58,796 nt of DNA from a virus: the IMG/VR virus record IMGVR_UViG_3300032287_001302; one strand, 5' to 3'. Made by a program: the position numbers and the translations under genes. The notes beneath the pieces are model-generated. The model was not told the origin of the DNA, did no database searches, and was given only the letters and a program-made list of their open reading frames with translations. This document shows, in pieces, positions 1-8,452 of this stretch. The first letter of the stretch is position 1; every line of letters starts with the position of its first letter.

Positions 1-123
1 ACTGTACCGCCAGTGTAGAACTGCACGTTGCCGGGGTATCTGACTACTACGATGCCTGAACCGCCTGAACCGCCTGCGTAGTGTCCACCAGAATATCCTG
101 CGCCACCTCCACCTCCACCCGTG
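1..123. repeat. Terminal direct repeat, copy 1 (identical to 58674..58796); most likely the assembly overlap of a circular or circularly permuted genome
   Basis: The first 123 bases read identically to the last 123 bases, and an ORF crosses the junction in frame. Confidence 0.9.
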
Positions 124-809
124 TTAGAAGAACCTGATGCGCCTGCTGTACCAAACGATCCAGAGCCACCTCCACCAACTCCGCCAGTACCAGCAGTCAA
201 ACTTGTAAAACCTGATGCACCGCCACCACCAGCGTAAGTTGTTACGGTTCCAGTTATTGATGACGCAATGCCCGCCCCACCATTACCGCTGACGGATGTT
301 GTTCCATCCAATCCTTTAGTTCCAGCGCCACCACCACCTCCACACCCGTTATTTGCAGTAAGTGTCGCAGTGCCACCAGAATTACCTTGCCCAGCTACCC
401 CAGATGCACCTGCGGTCGTTGAAGCACTAGCCGCCGCCGTACCACCACCGCCAGAGCCGCCAGAGCTAGGAGCTGAGTTTGCCGCACCATATCCACCGCC
501 TGCCGCAGAAATGCTACCAAAAACAGAATTTACTCCGCTAGTTTGTGCTGATGTACTACTTGCAGAACCAGCCGTTCCACCTGCACCAACAGTTACAGTG
601 TAAGAAGTGCCAACCGCTACAGTTACGATACCTGTTAACAAACCGCCAGCACCACCACCGGGGCCAATACCAAAAGTGTAAGAACCTGCTCCACCACCGC
701 CGCCAGCAACAACAAGATACTCAACCCATCTAGGGGCGATGTAACCCGACCACGCGCCTTGGCTGATGGCTTGGTTAACTTGCTTTAGATTGAATAGACC
801 TGATGCCAT
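1..809 (-). CDS. N-terminal glycine-rich domain (aa 1 to about 261) of a 1067-aa modular tail-fibre/receptor-binding protein that wraps the junction and continues at 58673..56279
   Basis: ATG at 809-807. I checked every - strand codon from 807 to 3 and found no stop. Start reads MASGLFNLKQV..WVEYLVVAGGGGG; the domain ends GGSGIVVVRYPGNVQFYTGG, joining the 806-aa ORF in frame (3204 nt unrolled). Confidence 0.8.
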   Translation of the reverse strand, partial: MASGLFNLKQVNQAISQGAWSGYIAPRWVEYLVVAGGGGGAGSYTFGIGPGGGAGGLLTGIVTVAVGTSYTVTVGAGGTAGSASSTSAQTSGVNSVFGSISAAGGGYGAANSAPSSGGSGGGGTAAASASTTAGASGVAGQGNSGGTATLTANNGCGGGGGAGTKGLDGTTSVSGNGGAGIASSITGTVTTYAGGGGASGFTSLTAGTGGVGGGGSGSFGTAGASGSSNTGGGGGGAGYSGGHYAGGSGGSGIVVVRYPGNVQFYTGGT

Positions 810-815
810 ATGACC

Positions 816-1679
816 TCAAAAAGTTATTGTGCCGTTAGCAACGAATTTATACACCCGATACTGACCTGCAATGTATGTTTCTGGTGATCCAGTTGTTGAT
901 GCGGCTGGCAGTAAGTATGAAGGATAACGGATGATGACTATGCCGGAGCCACCTGCGCCACCAAAAGTAGTAGGATAACCTCCGCCACCACCACCACCGC
1001 CTGTATTTGCAAATCCATTTTTACCAAAAGACCCAACTCCGCTTACAACAATAGCGCCATCGCCGCCGCCAGCAGCTCCTAGACCGCCAAGACCAGTAAT
1101 TCCAGCCGAGTCGCCCCCGCTACCACCGCCGCCGCCAGCGTATTGAATAGGCGAACCGCTAATTGAAGAAACAATTCCTGAACCACCACCTCCGGCGTTA
1201 GCTACAGTTGTTGAAATACCAACAGAACCAGCGCCGCCGCCACCGCCACCGCCAATTGCCGCCCCACCACAAGAACCACCGTTATTTCCTTGCCCAACAG
1301 TACCAGTACCAGCCGTAGTTGATTGCCTACCCGATCCACCACCTGACCCACCATTAAAACCTGCCGCTATACCCCCTGCACCGCCACCAGTAACAGTAAT
1401 AACGCCAAAAACAGAACTTGAACCGTTGGTTCCAGTGTAAGGATTATTGTCCGAAGAACCGCCAGTACCACCAGCGCCAACAGTCACGGTAATAGTTGAG
1501 CCAACAGTTATAGAGTACCCAGTAGCAGTTAACAAACCACCTGCGCCGCCGCCCCCTGCGCCATTCCTAGCCGCACCACCACCCCCGCCAGCCACGACAA
1601 GGTATTCCACCGTTGTGACAGGGTAGTTAAGGCCGTTATGGGTAGCAGATATAACGCCGCCCGTGTATCGAAGTCCCAT
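816..1679 (-). CDS. Glycine-rich paralog A (287 aa), putative fibre/receptor-binding protein
   Basis: Shares VEYLVVAGGGGG, VTVGAGG, SSVFG..GGG, GQGN.GG, YAGGGGG, NTGGGGG and GGSGIVIIRYP...TITF-stop with three other ORFs. Confidence 0.75.
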   Translation of the reverse strand: MGLRYTGGVISATHNGLNYPVTTVEYLVVAGGGGGAARNGAGGGGAGGLLTATGYSITVGSTITVTVGAGGTGGSSDNNPYTGTNGSSSVFGVITVTGGGAGGIAAGFNGGSGGGSGRQSTTAGTGTVGQGNNGGSCGGAAIGGGGGGGAGSVGISTTVANAGGGGSGIVSSISGSPIQYAGGGGGSGGDSAGITGLGGLGAAGGGDGAIVVSGVGSFGKNGFANTGGGGGGGGYPTTFGGAGGSGIVIIRYPSYLLPAASTTGSPETYIAGQYRVYKFVANGTITF

Positions 1680-1691
1680 GAGAACCCCCGA

Positions 1692-2075
1692 TTAGGTAAT
1701 GGTTTCGTAGCTTACCGTGTAAGTCAACTTGCTTGCTGTGCTACTGGTAGCCCACAATGTGCTTGCTTCACCCGTCACCGAAGTATCTAGCAAATAAAAC
1801 ATAGTCGTCTTATCTGACACAATCAACGATGCGTCTGGCGGTACAGAGATTGTAGAAGCAATAGCACGATGACTTGTGCCATCAGCTAAACGCACTTCAA
1901 TGGTAGCGTCATAGGCTGTTGTGCCGTCGATATTAGACACAATGATTTCATTGATCTTTTGCGCAGAACCTGAGGCTGGCGCAGTCACTAATGCATTACG
2001 CGCTGTATCAGCAGGAGTAATTGAAACCGTGTGGGGAATAATGCTTGTTACAGCAACAATATTAGGGGCCGCCAT
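1692..2075 (-). CDS. Hypothetical virion-associated protein (127 aa)
   Basis: ORF packed tightly within the fibre gene block; no motif recognised. Confidence 0.55.
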   Translation of the reverse strand: MAAPNIVAVTSIIPHTVSITPADTARNALVTAPASGSAQKINEIIVSNIDGTTAYDATIEVRLADGTSHRAIASTISVPPDASLIVSDKTTMFYLLDTSVTGEASTLWATSSTASKLTYTVSYETIT

Positions 2076-2086
2076 ATGTTATCTCC

Positions 2087-2770
2087 TTAAAAACCAAAAA
2101 TCATCGCCATTGCGATGGCTTTACCTGTTGAAATGCCACTTGCCGCTGGCGCTTGAAAAGTAGGAGCCACACCGGGCCCGTTACTTGTTAGCACATGAGT
2201 TGCAGTACCTACAGCAGTTGATGTTGGAGCGGCTCCTGCGCCACCACCAATTACAACACCGTACTGTGTTAACGCACCTGAAGATGCCAAAGTGCCCGTT
2301 GCTGTGTAGGCAAGGATACCGCCAGAGGTTCCTGCTGTTAAGCCAGTTCCGCCGTTAGCAACAGGGAGAGTGCCGGTCACACCCGTAGTCAGAGGCAAAC
2401 CAGTTGCATTTGTCAGTGTACCGCTAGACGGCGTACCCAATGCACCGCTAGGAGCGAGATAATCTGTTCCCGCAGTAGCCGCAGACAGCGCAGTGCCATT
2501 GCCTTTAAGAACACCCGTAATGCTTGTACTTAAAGTAATCGCGGGAGTTGATGTAGCAGTAGCCACCGTACCCGCAAAACCATTTGCAGAGACAACTGAG
2601 GTAGTTGTAACAGTACCCGCATCGTTGTTAATCCATGTTGGTAAGCTTGCGCCATTGCTTTGTAGGATTTGACCAGATGTACCGGCAGCAGTAAATTTTA
2701 AAGTCGTGCCATCACCAGTCGCTATTGCACCCGCTGTTGGCGTGTTGTCGCCATTAATAATGATCGCCAT
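2087..2770 (-). CDS. Tail-fibre-like protein (227 aa), Gly/Thr/Ala-rich
   Basis: GTLPVANGGTG-type fibre repeat and C-terminal GKAIAMAMIFGF, as commonly seen in phage fibre proteins. Confidence 0.65.
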   Translation of the reverse strand: MAIIINGDNTPTAGAIATGDGTTLKFTAAGTSGQILQSNGASLPTWINNDAGTVTTTSVVSANGFAGTVATATSTPAITLSTSITGVLKGNGTALSAATAGTDYLAPSGALGTPSSGTLTNATGLPLTTGVTGTLPVANGGTGLTAGTSGGILAYTATGTLASSGALTQYGVVIGGGAGAAPTSTAVGTATHVLTSNGPGVAPTFQAPAASGISTGKAIAMAMIFGF

Positions 2771-2783
2771 TTTAAAAATCCTT

Positions 2784-3686
2784 TTAAATGATTACCCAAC
2801 GCTGGCCCGATGCAACGCTAACCGTATAACCGCTATTGATAGTCATAGGGCCAACAGCAAAACCGTTAGAACCGCTTGCAATTACTTGATTAGATGTAAT
2901 TGTAGTTTCGTTTCGTATGATTGGCCCGCCGCCCGCAGCTATAGTAGCAGCTTCCCACAAAGAGTTGCTAGAGTTATATACAAGTGTCTGGCCGTTACTC
3001 GGAGACTGCGCTGATACATTGTGCAGTTCATCCATTTCGTAGCCGTTTTGCACTTTGACAAATAACTTTCCCTGTGTCGGGTGAGCGTGTTCAACAACTG
3101 CTGCGTAGACCAAATGAATTGGTGCGTACGGTTTAGTAGCAGTTAAAGTACCCGCAGTAACCCCGCTTAAATAAAGTTGTGCGCCATCTGTATAGGCAGA
3201 AGTATTGATGTTGGTAATTAAACCAATGACGGTGACGTAACCGTTTGTGTTATTTGCTAAATCAGCACTCATCAAACCCAAGGTCTGAGCCGATGTTGCA
3301 TCACTTGTGGCTAATGCTTTTGAAACAGTAGGATTTTGACCCGTCGCGCCCGAAATATAAACAGCAGTCCCTTTTGTTAGGGTTGCTCCTGTTGTATTTC
3401 TTACTAATACAACTATATTGGTCGTAGACGCAGCAACGGCAACAGAAAGATCAACTGCCCCTGCGGTATCAACAACCGTAACAGACCCGTCGGCAGAAGC
3501 AACACTAGATACACCTGCAGTAATGGTAGATGGAACCCATGCTGTGCCATTCCACGTAACGGCTTGGCCGTTCGTAGGTGTACCCGTAACCTGAATCTTG
3601 TCAGTATTCAGATTAACGAAGTTGGCATCAACCTCATTGTTGGTAAGAGGTGAGCCCTTACCTGCACGGGTAACAATCGTACTCAT
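2784..3686 (-). CDS. Tail fibre protein (300 aa)
   Basis: N-terminus TRAGKGSPLTNNEVDANFVNLN matches the widely conserved phage fibre N-terminal motif. Confidence 0.7.
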   Translation of the reverse strand: MSTIVTRAGKGSPLTNNEVDANFVNLNTDKIQVTGTPTNGQAVTWNGTAWVPSTITAGVSSVASADGSVTVVDTAGAVDLSVAVAASTTNIVVLVRNTTGATLTKGTAVYISGATGQNPTVSKALATSDATSAQTLGLMSADLANNTNGYVTVIGLITNINTSAYTDGAQLYLSGVTAGTLTATKPYAPIHLVYAAVVEHAHPTQGKLFVKVQNGYEMDELHNVSAQSPSNGQTLVYNSSNSLWEAATIAAGGGPIIRNETTITSNQVIASGSNGFAVGPMTINSGYTVSVASGQRWVII

Positions 3687-3698
3687 GGATTAATCCAA

Positions 3699-4154
3699 TC
3701 AGGGTGCGGCCATTGTAACTGTCCAAGTAATGGACATGGTGTCGCCGACGTCTTTGTTTACGATAGCAAACACTGTACGGCAAAGCATTGTGCCGGCAGA
3801 GGAAGCATTAAAAATACCTGCTTCTTGAATGCCAGTCAGTGTTGCGGGAGTGCCCGCAGGGAATGTTGCGACGTAGGCAACTGCTGCGCCAGTTGGAGTT
3901 GTGCTAGTCAATGCTACACGAGCAGACTCAGTACCTAAAGTTGTATTTGCAGCCAGTGCTGCCGTGCTATTTGTACCAATGGCCATATGGCTCATAACGT
4001 TAGCAGCCGTGCCTGCCATACGACTAGCAATAAAACCAAGACCGGCTGTAACAACCAAGTTTTTGATTTCTTGTTCTTGCTTAATTGTGCCGTCGGGGGC
4101 GGTTACTACAATCTTCACCGTACCAGTGGCAACGATGTGTTCGTTCGTGTTCAT
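3699..4154 (-). CDS. Hypothetical structural protein (151 aa)
   Basis: ORF in the fibre block, tightly spaced; function not recognised. Confidence 0.55.
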   Translation of the reverse strand: MNTNEHIVATGTVKIVVTAPDGTIKQEQEIKNLVVTAGLGFIASRMAGTAANVMSHMAIGTNSTAALAANTTLGTESARVALTSTTPTGAAVAYVATFPAGTPATLTGIQEAGIFNASSAGTMLCRTVFAIVNKDVGDTMSITWTVTMAAP

Positions 4155-4163
4155 AAAAGTTCC

Positions 4164-5273
4164 TTAAAAAGTGATACGCGTTCCAACATAATCTTCTGCG
4201 AAATACGTGATATCGCAGTATCCTTGACTTACCAATATACCAGCATCTGATGCGCTAGTCGAGTCGGCAAGGCTTTTTCCAGCAGTTTTACTGACAGAAT
4301 CTGTGGCGGTTGACACTTCTGTCAACCCTTTTACAAAATCTTTAAACGCGGTATCAGAGCTGATTGTTGTATCTGCAACGGACTTATCAAAACCACGAAC
4401 GGCATTATCGGTAATACTTGATGAATCCGCAGCCGTTTCAACTTTGGCATTTACAACACTAGCACTGTCAGAAACTGTAACCAAATCCGTTAGATTTTTA
4501 ATAAATGTCTTAGCGGCTAAGTCAGTTCCGTTTGCTAAGTCAGTAGGAGTTCTGGTGTACGCAACAACTCTATCTAAAGAATCAGACGCATTAGCAGTAT
4601 CCGAAACAGTTTTTACAAACTGAATAATTTGATCGTCATCTGTTGCAACCCCATCTACGTCATCCGTAGCACGAGCAACATCTGTAAGATTTTTCAAAAT
4701 GTCTTTTGTATGCGTATCAGAGGCCGAACCAGTATCGGCTAAGGTTTTCCCAATGGTTGTAGTGGCAAGGTCTGTCGCACTGCTTGTATCCGAAAGACTT
4801 TTTGTGCTGGTTTTACCAAGCACGTCTGCGGCTTGAGCTGTATCCGTTAAGGCTTTTCCAGTAGTTTTAGCAACTGTCTCGGAAGTTAGTGTGGTATCGG
4901 TTAAAGCCTTTTGGAAAGTTTTTAGAGGAGTGTCTGTGACAGACGTTGTATCCGCTCTAACTTTATCAAAGGTTTTAGTGTTTGCATCTGAGGCAATACC
5001 TGTATCACTAACCGCTTTGCCGTAGCTTTTAACTAGGGTCTCGCTAGCTTGCGCTGTTTCGGTTAGCCCTTTACCAACTGTCTTTGCCGCGGAATCAGTT
5101 GCGTTAGCTGTGTCAAAAAGATCAAGAAATTTTAAAAAGTAGCCTGTAATGGCTGTTGCTTTGAGCAATACATAACTTGTAGCGGCGCTAAGCTTGACGT
5201 AACCAACAGTTGCTTGGAGTTTTACGTAAGCAATTTCTGCTTGAAGTTTAATGTATGCAAAAGTAGCGCGCAT
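4164..5273 (-). CDS. Repeat-rich structural protein (369 aa): about 15 tandem 18-aa units (xxKTxxKxLxDTxxxxD) after an N-terminal 8-aa repeat
   Basis: Periodicity is visible directly in the translation. TAATG overlap with the upstream gene. Ends ..GTRITF. Confidence 0.7.
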   Translation of the reverse strand: MRATFAYIKLQAEIAYVKLQATVGYVKLSAATSYVLLKATAITGYFLKFLDLFDTANATDSAAKTVGKGLTETAQASETLVKSYGKAVSDTGIASDANTKTFDKVRADTTSVTDTPLKTFQKALTDTTLTSETVAKTTGKALTDTAQAADVLGKTSTKSLSDTSSATDLATTTIGKTLADTGSASDTHTKDILKNLTDVARATDDVDGVATDDDQIIQFVKTVSDTANASDSLDRVVAYTRTPTDLANGTDLAAKTFIKNLTDLVTVSDSASVVNAKVETAADSSSITDNAVRGFDKSVADTTISSDTAFKDFVKGLTEVSTATDSVSKTAGKSLADSTSASDAGILVSQGYCDITYFAEDYVGTRITF

Positions 5274-5608
5274 TAAAAGTCCTCGCGCATCCTAAACTTC
5301 AAAGTATCGTACACAGTCTGAACACCGCCGCCAGAAGCAAACGTTACTTGAATTTCACCTTCATAGTTACCGGGGTCTCCCGACATTGACAGAGCAGTCA
5401 TCGGGAAAACGCATACACCGCCAACACCGTTTGTAACTGTCCCAGTAATAGTATCTTGTAGCGTAGTCGAACCAACCATACGAAACTTCATTACAACGGT
5501 AGCGCCAGTGATATCCACCACAGCGCCTGTGTTTTCATCGGTAATTGTCGCCTGAACTTGAGGGCGGTTTACGTCACCTTGAACAAGATAGATCAGATCG
5601 CAGCTCAT
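5273..5608 (-). CDS. Hypothetical virion protein (111 aa), possibly an Ig-like/BppU_N-type fold
   Basis: ATG at 5608 shares a TAATG overlap with the upstream stop. The track start at 5614 is a TTG extension. Confidence 0.55.
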   Translation of the reverse strand: MSCDLIYLVQGDVNRPQVQATITDENTGAVVDITGATVVMKFRMVGSTTLQDTITGTVTNGVGGVCVFPMTALSMSGDPGNYEGEIQVTFASGGGVQTVYDTLKFRMREDF

Positions 5609-6252
5609 TACCAAATCCTACTGTAACGTATGCGCATCGGCGCATGGTTCATACCGCCGGTCACGTAAGCCCGGGCCGTTTGTTTAGCAAGTTTAAAACG
5701 CGCTGCGTATGCTTTAGCACCCGTAACATCGGTATATGACTGATTAGGCGTGTCTAGCAAAGTAGCAAGAGCCCCGCTCGAAATTTCATCTAAATACCGC
5801 TCATATAGTTGTGAATCCACAACTGTAGAGTCGCGTAGCGGCATGTACGAGAAGCGGCCTGTTATCGCATTTTGAACGGTCTCCGCTGGACATAAAGCCA
5901 GAGTGATGTCGTTCGGCGAAAACTGCGTAAATGCCTGTGGAGTTCCCAGCATGGATTGCCAATTCATGGAGAACATCTTCTCCAGCTCATACTGGCTTTT
6001 ACGCTCAAGTCTTCGGCTCTGATAATAGATACCCATTACTTGGCCCAGAATGTTATATCTAGGCACATCGATGCAATACGTGTTTGCACCAGCCATCACA
6101 GTAATGGGGTCTAAATCACATTGCAGGAATAACGTCTCTCGGCAAAAGTCGATACAGGCGTTACGCAAAGCCTCAATCGCTTGGTCGTCCAGTACGTTTG
6201 GGGCGTATGGGAGGACGTTCGGCAGAAAGACTTCGTAGGAGACGTTGCTCAC
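5608..6252 (-). CDS. Putative head-tail connector/adaptor protein (214 aa)
   Basis: Position downstream of the capsid gene; GTGA overlap with the upstream gene; no diagnostic motif. Confidence 0.5.
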   Translation of the reverse strand: MSNVSYEVFLPNVLPYAPNVLDDQAIEALRNACIDFCRETLFLQCDLDPITVMAGANTYCIDVPRYNILGQVMGIYYQSRRLERKSQYELEKMFSMNWQSMLGTPQAFTQFSPNDITLALCPAETVQNAITGRFSYMPLRDSTVVDSQLYERYLDEISSGALATLLDTPNQSYTDVTGAKAYAARFKLAKQTARAYVTGGMNHAPMRIRYSRIW

Positions 6253-6938
6253 TTCATTGATCCCGGTAAGTTAGGATTAAATGGAGCCAGTGCTTGGTTC
6301 GGGTTAGACGCAGCTTCGGCTGTGACTTTGCCTTGCAAGAGACCTTGGAACTGCTGGTAGTAAGTAGCGGCCAACGCTGAATTGTTTGCGTACTCAGCGT
6401 CTTTACTGTAAGCGCGATACAACGTGTAGTTGATCAAACCTGTGACGTAAATGTCATCGATTGTAATTGTGCTACCTGAAGTTGCGTCGGTAGGGGCAGC
6501 TATATAAACCAACTCAATATATCCTTGAGAGGATGCAGGTTGGGGTGGATAAACGTAAAACGTTTTAGAATCTAGCGCCGAGTACACAAAATGTTTTACA
6601 ACTGCGCTTGCAGTAGATGAATGCCAGCCGGGTACTTGAGAATCTAAAATTTCACGAGAGACTGCCCGGATTGCATTGCCCGGCGTTGTGCCGTTAGTGC
6701 CCATATTCCGAACGACGTCAATCAACGAAAGTGCCGCAGCAGGCAAAGTTTGTTTCGTACCGGTTGCGCAAATAACAGCAGCGTTTATAACAAACGCGTT
6801 TGGTTTATACAACGCAACTTCACGTTGACCGTCGTTAAGCCACAAGATCAACTCATCTGTAGGCCAACGAATATTTGATGGGTCTTGAAGGATTGTCGAA
6901 ACCTTCGTCAGGATCGATGCAACTGTAATGGTCGCCAT
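6249..6938 (-). CDS. Putative head-tail adaptor protein (229 aa)
   Basis: Position; GAGG ribosome-binding site upstream; N-terminal pattern W.TDELILWLNDGQREV resembles phage neck/adaptor proteins. Confidence 0.5.
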   Translation of the reverse strand: MATITVASILTKVSTILQDPSNIRWPTDELILWLNDGQREVALYKPNAFVINAAVICATGTKQTLPAAALSLIDVVRNMGTNGTTPGNAIRAVSREILDSQVPGWHSSTASAVVKHFVYSALDSKTFYVYPPQPASSQGYIELVYIAAPTDATSGSTITIDDIYVTGLINYTLYRAYSKDAEYANNSALAATYYQQFQGLLQGKVTAEAASNPNQALAPFNPNLPGSMK

Positions 6939-6985
6939 GAGCTAACCTCGTAAAGTTTGAAGTTGTGGGAATACTAACACAAGAA

Positions 6986-7004
6986 GGGGCCCCGTGGGGC
7001 CCCC
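6986..7004 (-). terminator. GC-rich hairpin downstream of the 112-aa gene
   Basis: GGGGCCCC-GT-GGGGCCCC palindrome followed on the - strand by TTCTTGTGTT. Confidence 0.5.
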
Positions 7005-7017
7005 TCCGTTACGCTGG

Positions 7018-7356
7018 TTAGGCGCTGAGGACTGCGCCCCAGTTTTCACTGCCCAAGCTGATATAGCAGCCGGACAAGTTAGCGGCCAAAGCCTTAGCAG
7101 CATTAGCAGAACCGTTGTTGATCTTACCGCCAGTAGCGGGGTAGACGTTCAACGCAACACCAGAGCTGTTTACGACGTAAACAATATCACCAACAGTACG
7201 CTCAGCAGGCAACTTAACGCCATCGCTAGCATTACCAGTGGTAACGTAGTTGATAAAGCCTGTCAGCGCGGTAGCGCCAGCTTGGGTTTGTGTAGTACCG
7301 GCAGTAGCAGTCTCATAACCACCAACTTCGGTTCCAAAGCTCATTGTATTAGCCAT
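7018..7356 (-). CDS. Small protein (112 aa) bracketed by hairpins; candidate decoration or abundant virion protein
   Basis: Lies directly after the capsid gene, between two hairpin terminators. Confidence 0.55.
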   Translation of the reverse strand: MANTMSFGTEVGGYETATAGTTQTQAGATALTGFINYVTTGNASDGVKLPAERTVGDIVYVVNSSGVALNVYPATGGKINNGSANAAKALAANLSGCYISLGSENWGAVLSA

Positions 7357-7387
7357 TTTGAATCTCCAAAAATAAAATATAAACGGG

Positions 7388-7409
7388 AAAAAGCCCCGAA
7401 GGGCTTTTT
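7388..7409 (-). terminator. Rho-independent terminator after the major capsid gene
   Basis: AAAAAGCCC-CGAA-GGGCTTTTT, a perfect hairpin with a T-run, 3 nt after the stop at 7412. Confidence 0.75.
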
Positions 7410-7411
7410 GC

Positions 7412-8401
7412 TTAGCCCTTGACCACAGCGTAGGTCAAAGCTTCTGGCTTAACTGTCTTACGACCGTAGATCATCAAACCGCGGACCAAAGTACCGAAGT
7501 CGTTAGGGTTGGGAATAGACTCAACCTTGTTGATCTGGGAAGCAAAAGTCAATGCAGACTTCTGACCAGCGATGATGACGTGGCGCTTAACTTTACCGGA
7601 GTCAGTACCGCCATTGTAGTTCTGGTCTGCAGCTGCTTTTGGCAACAAGTTAGACACATAGATGTCAAAGCGGTCGATACGGCCGATCTTGCCGTTACGC
7701 AAGATAGATTGGGCATCACCCGTGACATAGGCTTGAGCCAATGGAGATTGCATGAGCAACTGGCGCTCTGTAGGCGTAATGATCAAGAAACGATCAGTCT
7801 CAGGAACGTTCTGCTCATCCAACACAGAGCTCATGGATGTGATGGTGTTCAAGATGGTAGGCAGGGGGCTGCCAGCAACGTAGTCCAAAGGAGCTGCATC
7901 AGTACCCAAGTTGAAAGAACCGCTCAAAACACCAGCAGTTGCGCCAATGTTGGCAGCAGCGGCAGCGCTGAATGTGCCCAAGAAAGATTCGCGGTCAACG
8001 GCGATTTTCATCTGGTTGGCGGCGTCAGTCGTGAACATGTCCATCAAGTTAGGCTGAGCTTGGTACTCGAGAACGTCAGAAACGTTCACGCCAAAGTAGT
8101 AGCCTTTGTCGATGTTCAACTCAATGGTGTTAGGAGTTGGAGCTTCGTAGTTCAAGCTAGCGCCAACAGTGTAAGTGCTGATGGTGATAGAGGGGACGTT
8201 GTTGATAACAACTTTGTCGCCCATGTTCTTGATATCGCCTTCCCAAGAGGTATTGGAAACTTCACCGAATGTGGTGTTAGCGTAGAACTTAACGTTCAGC
8301 TTGCTAGACCAAATTGCGGGGATGAACGTACCGGAGTACGAAGGGTTCGTGTTAAAGGGTGCGGTTACGGCATAGCCGGCGGCTGCGGTGATTGTAGACA
8401 T
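7412..8401 (-). CDS. Major capsid protein (329 aa)
   Basis: Size, position after the scaffold gene, and terminator immediately downstream. Fold not verifiable by eye. Confidence 0.7.
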   Translation of the reverse strand: MSTITAAAGYAVTAPFNTNPSYSGTFIPAIWSSKLNVKFYANTTFGEVSNTSWEGDIKNMGDKVVINNVPSITISTYTVGASLNYEAPTPNTIELNIDKGYYFGVNVSDVLEYQAQPNLMDMFTTDAANQMKIAVDRESFLGTFSAAAAANIGATAGVLSGSFNLGTDAAPLDYVAGSPLPTILNTITSMSSVLDEQNVPETDRFLIITPTERQLLMQSPLAQAYVTGDAQSILRNGKIGRIDRFDIYVSNLLPKAAADQNYNGGTDSGKVKRHVIIAGQKSALTFASQINKVESIPNPNDFGTLVRGLMIYGRKTVKPEALTYAVVKG

Positions 8402-8452
8402 TTAATGCTCCAAATAAAAAATCGGTTTGTCAAAACACGCCGCCGTTTACAG

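Noticed and set aside
1-123. True T7-like direct terminal repeats marking the physical genome ends
   Set aside because: The repeat lies inside a continuous in-frame coding sequence, and nothing in the sequence marks a packaging end. Only read-level data can settle this.
268-603. Proline-rich + strand ORFs (268-603, 53785-53967, 54085-54507, 55411-55737) opposite the glycine-rich genes
   Set aside because: These are antisense shadows. GGN glycine codons read as NCC proline on the other strand. They have no ribosome-binding sites, and the sense-strand paralog family is coherent.
4240-5100. Regular short-period repeats that might suggest a CRISPR array or satellite
   Set aside because: The period is 54 nt and lies entirely within an open reading frame. 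Conservation is at the amino-acid level rather than as exact DNA repeats with unique spacers.
8402-8452. TTGACA upstream of the capsid gene as a dedicated capsid promoter
   Set aside because: No acceptable -10 hexamer lies at 16-18 nt spacing; the downstream GGAG is the ribosome-binding site.
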